Shown piece after piece: positions 24,778 through 36,809 of a DNA stretch of 64,000 bases. Origin of the DNA: Octopus vulgaris (lineage: Eukaryota); assembly GCA_951406725.2 (NCBI GenBank), contig OX597822.1:21452001-21516000 (forward strand), in the 5' to 3' direction. Under the pieces are notes generated by a model. That model searched no databases. It saw only the letters and a program-made list of their open reading frames with translations, and was not told the origin of the DNA. A program made the translations under genes and the position numbers. Each line of letters starts with the position of its first letter. Position 1 is the stretch's first letter.

Positions 24778-24998
24778 ATGTGTGCAAGCATGCATATAAT
24801 TTTATGTGTGGTCTGTGTGTTCTGATTTATGTGGAATGTTTTACATATTTTCAGAGTTCTGTTAGTAGCTTATTATTGTAGTTCCTTAATTAGCCACACC
24901 ATTTTTGATTTTATGAAATTGAGCATTTCAAAACTGATAAAGGCAATTAGTTGCACAATTAAGTTCCCAAATAACTGCTGGTTCAGATTTATCATTCA

Positions 24999-25215
24999 TG
25001 AGGGGTGCTGAAAAGTACCCGGCTCTGGGTAAAAGAAGATACAGGAGGATCAGTTAATCATGATTTGATTCAACATATTCCCCTCTCACATTTGCACACT
25101 TATTGCAGTGGTCCTTCAATTTTTCTATTCCCTGCAAAAAAAAATTCGGAAGGCTGGGCTTCCAACCAGGCCTTTTATGATACCCTTTAAGCAGAAACTT
25201 TTTGGCACCCTCTCG
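24999..25215. mobile_element. Mariner-type MITE
   Basis: TIRs tgaggggtgctgaaaagt / actttttggcaccctctcg followed by TA; no transposase. Confidence 0.75.
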
Positions 25216-25883
25216 TATATTTAGCATTATATTAATATCCCTGCAGAACAGTTGATTTTTCCTACTGTGTACATTTCCTTAGCTTTGTGTCAGGTCCGTT
25301 GATTCACATTTGATAGGGGTTTTCGCAGGAACATTCCAAACTTATTCTTTCATATTATGGCTGAGAGTGTCATCATCAACATCATTTAGATTTCTCTTCT
25401 TCTGATGTTTACTCCTTGTACATTGTATTGTTCATTGTTCTAAGCTACAACATCATACCTCATAGGTCAGCAGTATTATAGTAACAGTCTCAGACAGCTG
25501 CCAGGGATGTTGATTATGTCTTACATGTTAATTTCACAAAAATTGTATCAGTTGCCTCATTTCCATATATTACCTGGATTCTTGTACTTTTGATGCATTA
25601 ACTGTTTATAGCTGTTCTCTGTAACTGGATTGCAAGCACATGAAATACACTTCTTTTATGGGAATGAAAATTAATATAACAGAAACAGATATTTGTTTAT
25701 CTTCAGTACTGTCACTTTGAGGTTCTCTGATATGTTTAGTTGAAAGGTAAAATGCCTTTCAGATGATGTTCTGTTGAGGTAGAGCTGTTCGACCTCCTTA
25801 GTTGTATATATCAGATCATCACAATTGTCATGGAATAACCAACACTGTTACAAATTTTTTTGAATTCTTCTATATTATATATA

Positions 25884-26146
25884 GTGGAGGCACGTGGCTT
25901 AGTGGTTAGGTTGTCAGTATCATGATCGTAAGATTGTGGTTTTGATTCCTGGACTGGGTGACGCGTTGTGTTCTTGAGCAAAACACTTCATTTCACGTTG
26001 CTCCAGTTCACTCAGCTGGCAAAAATGAATAACTCTGCAATGGACTGGCGTCCCATCCAGCTGGGGAACACATACACCATAGAAACTGGGAAATCAGGCC
26101 CATGAGCCTGGCTAGGCTTTAAAAAGCTGCATTTATTTTTTTATTT
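25884..26146 (+). mobile_element. tRNA-derived SINE family D (V-domain-like), 16 bp TSD
   Basis: A box tggcttagtggtt, B box gttttgattcc, atggactggcgtcccatccag; ttctatattatatata at 25868-25883 and 26147-26162. Confidence 0.88.
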
Positions 26147-26401
26147 TTCTATATTATATATATTATATATAAGAGTAAGATCCAAAGGTCCAAGTGTAAG
26201 AAGTTTGTAAGCTTCAAGCAGCCAGTGACAAGTATAGAAAACAAAAAGTGGACCATGTGTGTTCAGGAACAATAACAATTTATTGACATCAAAAGTTACA
26301 AACTTTTTCCCATATTGAAGTTAGGAGGAAATTTGATTAGCTGAAAATTTCTGTATAGCTCCCAGTAAGCAACTAGAGTTATTATGAACGTGAATAAAAA
26401 C

Positions 26402-26613
26402 CCAAGTTAAGGGAGTGGAACAAGTAAAATCCAGGCTACGTAAGATTCCTAGCTTGCTACTCAACAAGGCTGAAGGTACATTAATTATATGAAGGTATCC
26501 TCAGCCTGATGGGCAGCTGAGTACCCTTCATTGAGTAATAATTACATCAGAGGATCTGCTGGGTAGGAAACACATGTAGCCTGGATTTTACCTGTTATAT
26601 TCCCTCTGTTTGG
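26402..26613. repeat. Imperfect fold-back (palindromic) element of about 210 bp
   Basis: aacaagtaaaatccaggctac / gtagcctggattttacctgtt outer arms; inner atgaagg..ctcagc / gctgag..ccttcat. Confidence 0.8.
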
Positions 26614-26626
26614 ATACGTGTGTGTG

Positions 26627-26662
<36 letters not shown>

Positions 26663-26678
26663 CATATATATATATATA

Positions 26679-26717
<39 letters not shown>

Positions 26718-26724
26718 ATATATA

Positions 26725-26755
<31 letters not shown>

Positions 26756-26874
26756 GTGTGTGTGTGTATATATGTATGTGTGTGTATATATATATATGTG
26801 TGTGTATATATATATGTGTGTGTATATATATGTGTATATATATATATGTGTATATACATGTGTGTATATATATG

Positions 26875-26919
<45 letters not shown>

Positions 26920-27130
26920 ATATATATCTATGTATATATATATCTATGTATATATATATCTATGTATATATATATCTATGTATATATATATATCTATGTA
27001 TATATATATGTATATATATGTATATATATATCTATGTGTATATATATGTATATATATATCTATGTATATATATATGTATATATATGTATATATATGTATG
27101 TATATATATATATGTATATATATATATATG

Positions 27131-27217
<87 letters not shown>

Positions 27218-27277
27218 ATATATATATAATATATACGTGTGTATATATATATGTATATATATGTGTGTGTGTGTGTG

Positions 27278-27356
<79 letters not shown>

Positions 27357-27369
27357 GTGTGTGTATATA

Positions 27370-27445
<76 letters not shown>

Positions 27446-27532
27446 TAATCCAAACATGAAAACACAACAACGCAAGGATGTGGAACAAATATAGTATTAT
27501 TGGACGCTCAGGAAGGAAGGGAAGAAGGAGGG

Positions 27533-27565
27533 TTTAACGTTTCGAGCAGAGCTCTTCGTCGGAAA
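27533..27565 (-). ncRNA. Minimal hammerhead-like motif within (TA)n-embedded cassette 27441-27621
   Basis: Minus strand TTT-CCGACGA-A-GAGC-TCT-GCTC-GAAACGTT-AAA; U4C variant; palindrome AACGTT. Confidence 0.6.
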
Positions 27566-27620
27566 GATCCAGAGAAGGGAAGACAGAGGAAAAGAAATCG
27601 CCAACGGTACACACACGGTC

Positions 27621-27701
<81 letters not shown>

Positions 27702-27843
27702 TGTATATATGTATGTATATATATATGTATGTATATATGTATGTATATATGTATGTATATATATATGTATGTATATATGTATGTATATATGTATGTATGT
27801 ATATATGTATGTATGTATATATATATATGTATATATGTATATG

Positions 27844-27955
<112 letters not shown>

Positions 27956-28049
27956 GATGTATATATATATATATGTATATATGTATGTATATATGTACGT
28001 ATGTATATATGTATGTATGTATATGTATATATGTATGTGTATATATATA

Positions 28050-28120
<71 letters not shown>

Positions 28121-28123
<3 letters not shown>

Positions 28124-28241
28124 CCGGGTTCAGTCACACTGCGTGGCATCTTGAGCAAGTGTCTTCAGCTATAGACCCGGGCAGACCAATGCCTTGTGAG
28201 TGGATTTGGTAGACGGAAAATGAAAGAAGCCTGTCGTATAA

Positions 28242-28291
<50 letters not shown>

Positions 28292-28515
28292 TTGTGTGTC
28301 TGTGTTTGTCCCCCTAGCATTGCTTCACAACCGATGATGGTGCGTTTACGTCCCCGTCACTTAGCGGTTCAGCAAAAGAGACCGATAGAATAAGTACTGG
28401 GCTTACAAAGAATAAGTCCCGGGGTTGATTTGCTCGACTAAAAAAAGGCGGTGCTCCAGTATGGCCGCAGTCAAATGACTGAAACAAGTAAAAGAGAGTA
28501 AAATAAAAAGAGAGA
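28121..28515 (+). mobile_element. SINE family A, 5'-truncated
   Basis: gttccgggttcagtc...gtggatttggtagacggaaa...(TA)n...gaaacaagtaaaagag. Confidence 0.9.
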
Positions 28516-28641
28516 TATATGTATATATGTATGTATATATGTATGTATGTATATATATATATGTATATATGTATATATATATGTATATATGTATATATAT
28601 ATGTATATATGTATATATATATGTATATATATATATATGTA

Positions 28642-28684
<43 letters not shown>

Positions 28685-28692
28685 GTATATAT

Positions 28693-29217
28693 ACTTAGAA
28701 TAACTTAGAAAGGTTTTTGGCCAGTATTGGCCCAGGCCATGTCTAACTTAATAGCACCACCTGGCGAAGTCTTTCAGTTCAGGATTTGGGGCACCAAGGC
28801 CCATTCGAGCAGAGAGTTATTGTTTGCGGAGACATATCCGGGTGTGGATGGTTTGTCCGGTACTGTTTGAAGGAATTTGTCCAAAGACTTCTTGAATTTT
28901 GTGTGGTCAGTTTCTTTTTTGACGTGTCCTGGTGTAATGTTGAAGAGAGCGGGTCCAATTGAGGTGAAATAGTTGTGCCGTATTGTCGTTATGTGATGCG
29001 ATTTAGATTTTTGTTGTGGACGGATGGCACGTGGTCCAAGCCTTGGATGCATTTTGAAGGTGATGCCAACATCATTCGGACAGTGCTGATGGAATATTTT
29101 CCACATCATACAGATAATGTAGCGTTCACGGCGTCGTTGGAGTGAATACAATTTCAGCTTCTCTAGTCTACCCCAGTAGTCAAGGTCTGACATGCCATCT
29201 ATCTTTTTTGTGATTGT
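28693..29217 (-). mobile_element. CR1-group LINE 3' end (C-terminal ORF2 fragment, short UTR, tandem-repeat tail)
   Basis: ORF 28774-29193 LDYWGRLEKLKLYSLQRRRERY...FKKSLDKFL...PDKP..NSL; tail ttctaagtta-ttctaagt. Confidence 0.85.
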
Positions 29218-30370
29218 TCAGTTACATTCTAATTTTGTTGGTACTTTGGCAGAGTGGTTAGTATAGCTATATAATTTACAAGAGGCACAACATTGGAATT
29301 CCACAGCCAGTCTTACAAGTTTTCTCTTCCATCTAAAGCAGATATTAATAAACTTTCATATTTTTGATCACAATTGATGTGTTTTCTTTCTCTTTTAATT
29401 ATTTGAATTCTTCCCAGGAATTGGTTTCTAACAAATAAAACTTGAACTAAAATTATAATCAACTAAAATTATAAGCATTTTATGTTGAACTTTAGAAACC
29501 TTTTGCATATTTTTTTTCCTGTTTTACTAAGTATAAGTGCAAGTATGTAATGCATGGATATGAGTTTGTAGGAGCTTGTATATGTATATGTGTAAATGTA
29601 GTTTTGCGTGTGCATATCGTTGTGTGAATGCATGTTTATATGTATGAATGGATGTGCATGAGTTTTTGAGACATTATTTTTGTATGTGCATGTGTGCTTA
29701 TGTACAGATGTATGTCTGTATGTATGTACTTGCATGTGTGTGTGTGTGTTTGTCACTCTGTGAATTTGTGTGAAAGTGATTATGTATATGTGTTGAACTG
29801 AAAATTGTTTAGCCAGTTCAATCTTACTACATGACATTTTTGGTATCTATTACCATATTTCCAGGTTCATCCAAGCCTTGTGATAGAAACTCTGTTAAAA
29901 CCCACCAGAGGACTGTCTGTGGAATACTCAGTCATTTACATAGTAATTTAATAAGTAGGTTGTCCAGGTGATTGAACACTTTGCGATGTTCATTATTGAA
30001 ACATGAGAGAGTCTATTGTCATTGACATTCATGTGCATATGTGTACATATGTATATGTATGTACACATATGTATAAACATCTTTGTTATTGTCTCATTAT
30101 GTGTATGAATATCTGTATATTTGAAAATTTGTGTGGGATTTTAGAGTTAGGTACATTGTGTGTGTGTGTCCAACGTTTATACTAGGCAATTTTCTTTCAT
30201 TTTACTCTTCTTCCCATCGTATATTGTATATCATTTCTTTCAATATTATTTCTCTTTGAGACACACATGATTATTATTTGTTTACCAAGTTCTAAAGTAT
30301 TTATATGTATATATATTAAACATTAATTTATAAAATATTAAGAATCGTGTTTCTCATTTTGTTGTTGTTT

Positions 30371-30592
30371 AAGGTGGTGAGCTGACAGAATCATTAGCAT
30401 GCTGGGTGAAACGCTTAGTGGTATTTCATTTGTCTTCATGTTCTGAGTTGAGATTCTGCCTAGATTGACTTTGCCTTTCATCCTTTTAGGGTCAAAACAT
30501 TAAGTATCAGTTGAGTACTGGTGTTGATGTAATTAACTTACCCCTCCCACAAATTACTGGCCATGTGCCAAAAGTTGAGCTCATTATTATTG
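30371..30592 (+). mobile_element. SINE family B
   Basis: aggtggtgagctgacagaatcattagca...gactttgcctttcatcctttt...cattattattg. Confidence 0.8.
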
Positions 30593-30904
30593 TTACTGTT
30601 GCTTTTCTTATGAAAGAGTGCTCCACAGAAAGCTGTTGTGCTTGAAAGCCTTACCCTGTTTAGTTATGTTCTCCCAGGAGTTCATTTTTCCCAGTATGGA
30701 AAACATAAATACAAAAAAAATGTCCTTCCGTTTTTTTCTGCTGGCTCCATTCATGACTTATAATTGCTGTACCCCAGTGAGGCACAGCAAGAACTGCGTT
30801 TCATATTTCATCATTTCCATAACAAATAGAAAGGCAAAGTGGTGGGATAACTCAATCAGACACATACTATTCTATTGTTCAAATGTACAGTTTTCACACT
30901 ACTT

Positions 30905-31061
30905 GTATATGGCTGTGTGATTGAAGTTTGCTTCCCAATTAATTGGTTCTGGGCTCAGTCCCAGTGTGTGGCACCTTAGGCAAGTGAATCCTACTATTTC
31001 CTCAGGCTGTCCAAAGCATTGAGAGTGTATTTGGTAGACAGAAACTGAAAGAAGGGTGTCA

Positions 31062-31094
<33 letters not shown>

Positions 31095-31101
31095 TATATA
31101 C

Positions 31102-31154
<53 letters not shown>

Positions 31155-31345
31155 TATGTGTGTGTGTGCATTTGGTGTTGGTTTGTTTATGTTCCCATAA
31201 CTTAATTGTTCAGGAAAAGAAACTGACAGAATAAGTACCAGGCTTTACAAAAAATAAATACTGGGGTTGATTTGTTTGAGTAAAATTCTTCAAGGTTTTA
31301 ACCTGTATGGTAGGAGTCTAATGACTGAAACAAGCAAAATATGAA
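30905..31345 (+). mobile_element. SINE family A with internal (CA)(TA)n
   Basis: ggctgtgtgattgaagtttg...ggcaccttaggcaagtg...aatgactgaaacaag. Confidence 0.85.
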
Positions 31346-31365
31346 AAATGAAAGATACATTTATA

Positions 31366-31720
31366 TCATCATCATCATTTAATCTCCATTGTCCATGCTG
31401 ATATGGGTCGATCATTTGACAAGAAGTAGCAAACTGAGGAGCTCTGATTTGGCATGGTTTCTATAGCTGGATGCCTTTTCTGATGCCAACCACTTGACAG
31501 AGTTTGCTGAGTGCTTTTATGTGGTGCCACATGGGCAGGGCATCCAGCCATAGAAAACCATGCCATATCAGACTGGAGTCTGGTGCAGCCTTCCAGCTTA
31601 CAAGCTCCAGTCAAGCCTTCCAACCCATGCCAGCATGGACAACAGACGTTAAATGATGATGATTATGGTGACTGGTGCTTTTATGTGGTGCTGCACAGGT
31701 GCTTTCCCATAGCACTTCAT
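31366..31720. mobile_element. Two family C elements in inverted nested arrangement (minus copy interrupted by plus copy ~31538-31663)
   Basis: (CAT)n start at 31366, (GAT)n tail at about 31655, complementary internal motifs. Confidence 0.75.
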
Positions 31721-32171
31721 GGACGTTTTTTTTTATGTGGTATAGGTTCAGGTCTCTTGCAGGTCAATCCTCACCACCAGGGTGACTGACCTTGGGAGGA
31801 GAGCTAATCTTAAAGGCCAGGAGAAACAGACAGGCTGTAATTTAGCTATGATTCTCAACTGGCCTACAGAAGGCTGTTATGGTTGAAGGTCAAAATACCC
31901 TATGAATTTTGGTCACTATCCAATGAATTCAACTTCCCCTGGTCACAACTTGCTTCACCAAAGAAGGAAGCACCTGCTTATAAAAGTTAACATTCTTGTA
32001 TATATGACAGACCACCACATAGTTTTCCTCTACCAATTTTCATTCATAAAGTATAAGTTAACCTAAGGTTATGACAAAAGATACTTTCCTAAAATGTCAA
32101 TACATTAGACTAAAACCTTGACCGACATGACTGCAAAAGAATCTTCTTAACCAGACAGCTATGCTTATACT

Positions 32172-32562
32172 CATCTTTTACCCACTTCAGTTATTAGACT
32201 GTGGTCATGCTGGGGCACCACCCTGAAGAACCCCAGAACTTCTTTTCTTTTTTTTAAAATCCTGGTACTCATTCTATCAGTCTCTTTTTGTCAAATTGGT
32301 AAGTTATGGGGATGTAAACAAACCAACACCAGTTGTCAAATGGTGGTGGAGTTCAAACACTGAGCCACAGACACAAACACATACATATATACAGATATAT
32401 ATCACAAGCTTCTTTCAGTTTCTGTATACCAAATCCACTAACAAGGCTTTAGTTGGCTTGAGGTTGCAGTAAAAGACTCTTGCTCAAAGTGCCATGCAAT
32501 GGGGATGAACCTGGAACCATGTGGTTGTGAAGTAAGCTTCTTACCATACAGCCACACCTGCA
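32172..32562 (-). mobile_element. SINE family A, diverged
   Basis: gactgtggtcatgctggggcacc...ccaaatccact...tgaacctggaaccatgtggttg. Confidence 0.8.
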
Positions 32563-33271
32563 CTTGTGCTTATTCAGTCAACCAACCACAATCCTTCCTC
32601 TAATTTTGCTGTTGTACCATTTTAAGACATTATTCTTTCTAATGAAGTTATTAAATCTCACATTTAGAGAATAGGTATCATTAGTTAAATAGAAACCACT
32701 GCTTGACTAATACTTATTTAACTGACCCTTAAGGACTGGTTGAGCAAATCATACTTGGTAGTATTTCATAAACCCATAAATGAGTGTCATACAGCATACA
32801 TAAGCTTCTTCCTGACTTACTCTATTTCTTGTTTTAACCTTTTATTTTAACATCCTTTGCTATATTCCACTGTCTGCTCACCTGATTGACTGTCTTACCA
32901 ACATTTTTTGCTGGCTGACTGCACTTTGTTTTCCTCTTTCATGTCCACTCCATCAATCTACAACTTATCTATATATCTATTTATTCCACTTCTCTTTATA
33001 ACACCTTCTTCATCTCACTTCTACCTTTCGCAGAACAGCTGTTGTCCTTTCATCCTTCAAAAGACTTGTGTGATTTAGACACTTGAAAGAAAGGTCTTGT
33101 ATGCATGTGTTTTTGTGCATATTTATTTACATATGTATGTCCGTATGTATATTTGTGAATTTAAGACCATGTGAGACCATCTGCCAACTCTTCCCTTCAT
33201 CCATTACTCCATTTCTACAGCATGACAGAAACTAATGAACAAAAAGCAGTCACTAGGCTCTCTCTTTGTAT

Positions 33272-33655
33272 CAAGGCACTCTGTTGGTTACGATGATGAT
33301 GTTTCCAGTTGATCTAATTGACAGAAAGCCTGCTTGTGATATTAACGTGCAAGTGACTGAGCACTCCACAGACACATGTTCCCTTAATGTAGTATCTTGG
33401 GGAGATACAGTGTGACACAGAGTGTGACAAGGCTGGCCCTTTGAAATGCAGGTACAAGAGAAACAGGAAGAAAGATTGAGAGAAAGTTGTGGTGAAAGAG
33501 TACAACAGGGTTCGCCACCACCCCCTGCCAGAGCCTCATGGAACTTTAGGTGTTTTCGCTCAATAAACACTCACAGTGCCTGGTCTGGGAATCGAAACCA
33601 TGATCCTACCACCACAAGTTGGCTGCCCTAGCGACTGGGCCATTGCGCCTTCACT
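33272..33655 (-). mobile_element. tRNA-derived SINE family E
   Basis: Minus-strand head ggcgcaatggcccagtcgctagg...ggtttcgattccc; partial related sequence at about 29870-30000. Confidence 0.75.
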
Positions 33656-33656
33656 C

Positions 33657-33774
<118 letters not shown>

Positions 33775-34906
33775 ATTCAGTCAGGTTTCATGAAGATAAT
33801 GTAAAGCAATTACTGTCATCGATGTAAACATCAGCCTGATTTAGGCCAGCCTCACCTGAGTGAAAATATGATTAAATGCATTCCAGCCAAGACCACCTTG
33901 TCTTGTTTTAGAAACAGTGTGTATAACACATTACACATTTTCTAATATGTTCATTTTAAGGATAGTATAAAGCATGATTTAAGTGAAGTTTAGCTGCTAT
34001 TTCTCACAGATCATGTGATTGCATTGTGGTCTCTCTAGTTGACTCTCTCAGCCATTACTGGAGTTGGGATGGGTTGAGAAGTGCAGAGTTTTAAGTCAAA
34101 GACATTTATTAACTTTCTGGAGGTTCCTCTTGAAGCAGTTATATTTGAATGCAATACTTTACATTTGGTGACATTTATTAATTTCCAGTTGATTTTTGTA
34201 AGTTTTTGTTAATAAATCATCATCACCACCAGCAGCAGCAACTGTAGGACAAGTATGTAGTGGCAGCTGAACATATAATAAATCATTTATGTACCATTAG
34301 ATTGAGATTTATTAATGTGGATAGTGCAGGCATACCTCAACTTAATTGTTTCTGTCAGCTGTTTGAGAATTGTTAGAAAGGGAAGGGTGGAAGTTTATCA
34401 ATCAGCTGACCTTAATATGTATGTAGTAAGGGATGCTGTGGGATATTTAGATGTAAAGTGAGATGTAAAGACAGAGCAATGGTCAGAACACTGTATAGGG
34501 AAGTAGAGTAACATCCAAAAAGAGATTACTGTTTGTTTTGTAGTTTAGCTTCATTGAACAGCAGAATGACCAAAGGTATTCCAGCCATAACAAAATTATC
34601 TTTGTTGTTTCTTTTATTTAAAAGCATAAGTTATGATTTAAGACTTCACTGTTATTCTTAACAGCTCTAGGAAATATGTGATGGCCCAGTTGCTGGATCA
34701 GCTAAATAGAACTTGGATTTAGACTTGAAAAATCAGTTTTCCTTGGTGAGTAAGTATATTTATCTAATGAAAAAGATTACTGAGTTTGGGACTTGTATAA
34801 GAATGAGTACTGAAGTTGTGTGGTTTACAGAGCCTTAAGAATAAAAATCTCAAAAGAAGAGGAGTTGACAAGATTACCATTGACAAGGAGTAATCAAATA
34901 TGAATT

Positions 34907-35106
34907 AATTCTGAGAGAAAGTAATTGAATAACAGTTAATTATTAGAGGAAGTAATTGAATAACAGTTAATTACGAGAGAAAGTAATTAAATAGATGATA
35001 ATTATGGAAGGAAGTAATTAAATAGCTCATAATTATGAGAGGAAGTAATCAAATAACTGTTAATTATAAGAGAAAATAATTAAATACCTGTTAATTATGG
35101 GAGGAG
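34907..35106. repeat. 31 bp minisatellite aattatgagaggaagtaattaaataacagtt, about 6.5 copies
   Basis: Counted directly. Confidence 0.9.
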
Positions 35107-35814
35107 TTTTGAGATCAGTCAGTGGAGGAGTTTAGAGTAGAAGTGCTTAATGTGTAGCCATTGTTGAAAACAATGAAAGGAAGGAGATAGGTGGAAAGAT
35201 GATCAGATTTATACAAGTTTAATCTTTATATTTGAGAAATAATTTGGACAGCAGAGCACGAAGAGGAAAATGAATAAATTTTGATGGTGGCTGCAGACAT
35301 TTGGACAGAGAAATGAGTATTCATTGGAATTAGTATGATTTTAATTTTTACTCTTTGAAATATCTTCTTGAATAATTAAATTAAACTGTTCAGTTCATAA
35401 GTTTTCCCATACTAAAATGATTTCCTTGGCATTGTAACAAATGAAATAGCTGAGTGATATATATGTATGTGTAAATTTAATATACCAATTTTTCCACGCT
35501 TACATAGTTCCGGTAGAATTCATTTAAACAGATCTTCTTTATCTGGATGCCCTCCCTGTTGCAAACTTCACGAAGCATGGTAATATTTTACTATGGCCAG
35601 GCATGTTTCCATGGAAGATTAGAAATGAAAACCACTACTTGTATGACAGACAGTGCTCTTTTTTATCTATCACAAGATAAGAAAACAAGAAGTTAAGGGG
35701 ATTGCAGTAGGTGAGTTGAAAGTGCAAATGTTAGGTGCAGTGTGATCAGAGAAATTCTATGACTGCCAGGCCTGGGTCTTTCAGCTGGTGCACTAGGGTG
35801 CAGAGTTTTTCCCC

Positions 35815-36787
35815 CTCAAGTATGACCTCTGGTGACACCAAAGACTATGACTGTCGCTGGAAATTTTTCTCTGCATAAATCTGGGCAAGTTCTTGGGTGA
35901 AACAGCAAACCACCTTTTGTTCTGGTAGTTGACCTGCTGGTCTTGGCAGAAATTCTTTTTATTGGAGAAGAACCACAGCATGTCTGACTCCAGCGCCCCG
36001 ACTGGCCTCGTGCCGGTGGCACATAAAAAGCACCATCCGATCGTGGCCGTTGCCAGCTTCGTCTGGTCTCCATGCTGGTGACACGTAAAAAGCACCCACT
36101 ACACTCATGGAGTGGTTGGCGTTAAGAAGGGCATCCAGCCGTAGAAACATTGCCAGATCAAACTGGGCCTGGTGCAGCCTTCTGGCTTCCCAGACCCCAG
36201 TTGAACCGTCCAACCCATGCTAGCATGGAAAGCGAACGCTAAACAATGATGATGATGATGATCACCTTTTTAGTGTGCTTGAGTTACTTTCTCTGCATTG
36301 CCTTAGACACAGATTGTCCTGTAGCAAAAGTTGTAAATGTCTTCATGCACCCCTAGCCTGATGAGCTTTTCATCCACACTTTTCTCTGGTGCAATGACAT
36401 GCATTGATTTGCTGGGATCATCGATGAATATGGCATTCTGATGGCATTGCATTGCTGATCATGAGTTTTCCTCTCTGCTCTCATTTCATAGTCAGATCTT
36501 GAATCTTCCAGCTCCTTTCTGACCTTTTCCACCATCTTTCTGGTGTTGTTGAAGAAGTTTGAAACCTCCTTGTTTGTCCTTCTGGCACAGATTCCAAAGA
36601 GGACTTCCTGCCTCTTCCACAAATTGGGTGAGTGGGGGTTTAAAATTTTCCATAGTCAATTATTCTCCAAAAGATAAAGCAAAAGTGGTAGTTGTTTTTA
36701 TGAAAAAGACCAACAAAGAAAGTAATTAAAAAAAACGTGTGTAAAATTAGCTGTTGAAAATTGTGAGCAAAATCTGTCCACACCCTG
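35815..36787 (-). mobile_element. Tc1/mariner DNA transposon remnant interrupted by a family C element
   Basis: TA-cagggtgtggacag terminus at 36787; N-terminal ORF 36353-36622; catalytic-domain start WFFSNKKNFCQDQ..NYQNKRW..KFPATVIVFG at about 35830-35990. Confidence 0.8.
35998..36262 (+). mobile_element. RTE 3'-tail element (family C) inserted in the transposase
   Basis: Very similar to 55105-55380; (GAT)n tail. Confidence 0.9.
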
Positions 36788-36809
36788 TATGTATGTGCAT
36801 GCATGTGTG

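Noticed and set aside
25884-25960. tRNA genes suggested by A/B boxes (also 33580-33655 and 38498-38590)
   Set aside because: No complete cloverleaf; each continues into a SINE body, two of them with clear TSDs.
36358-36400. Other CTGATGA occurrences (36358, 39358, 40033, 46183, 63637)
   Set aside because: No properly placed stem II-GAAA-UH-stem I partner.
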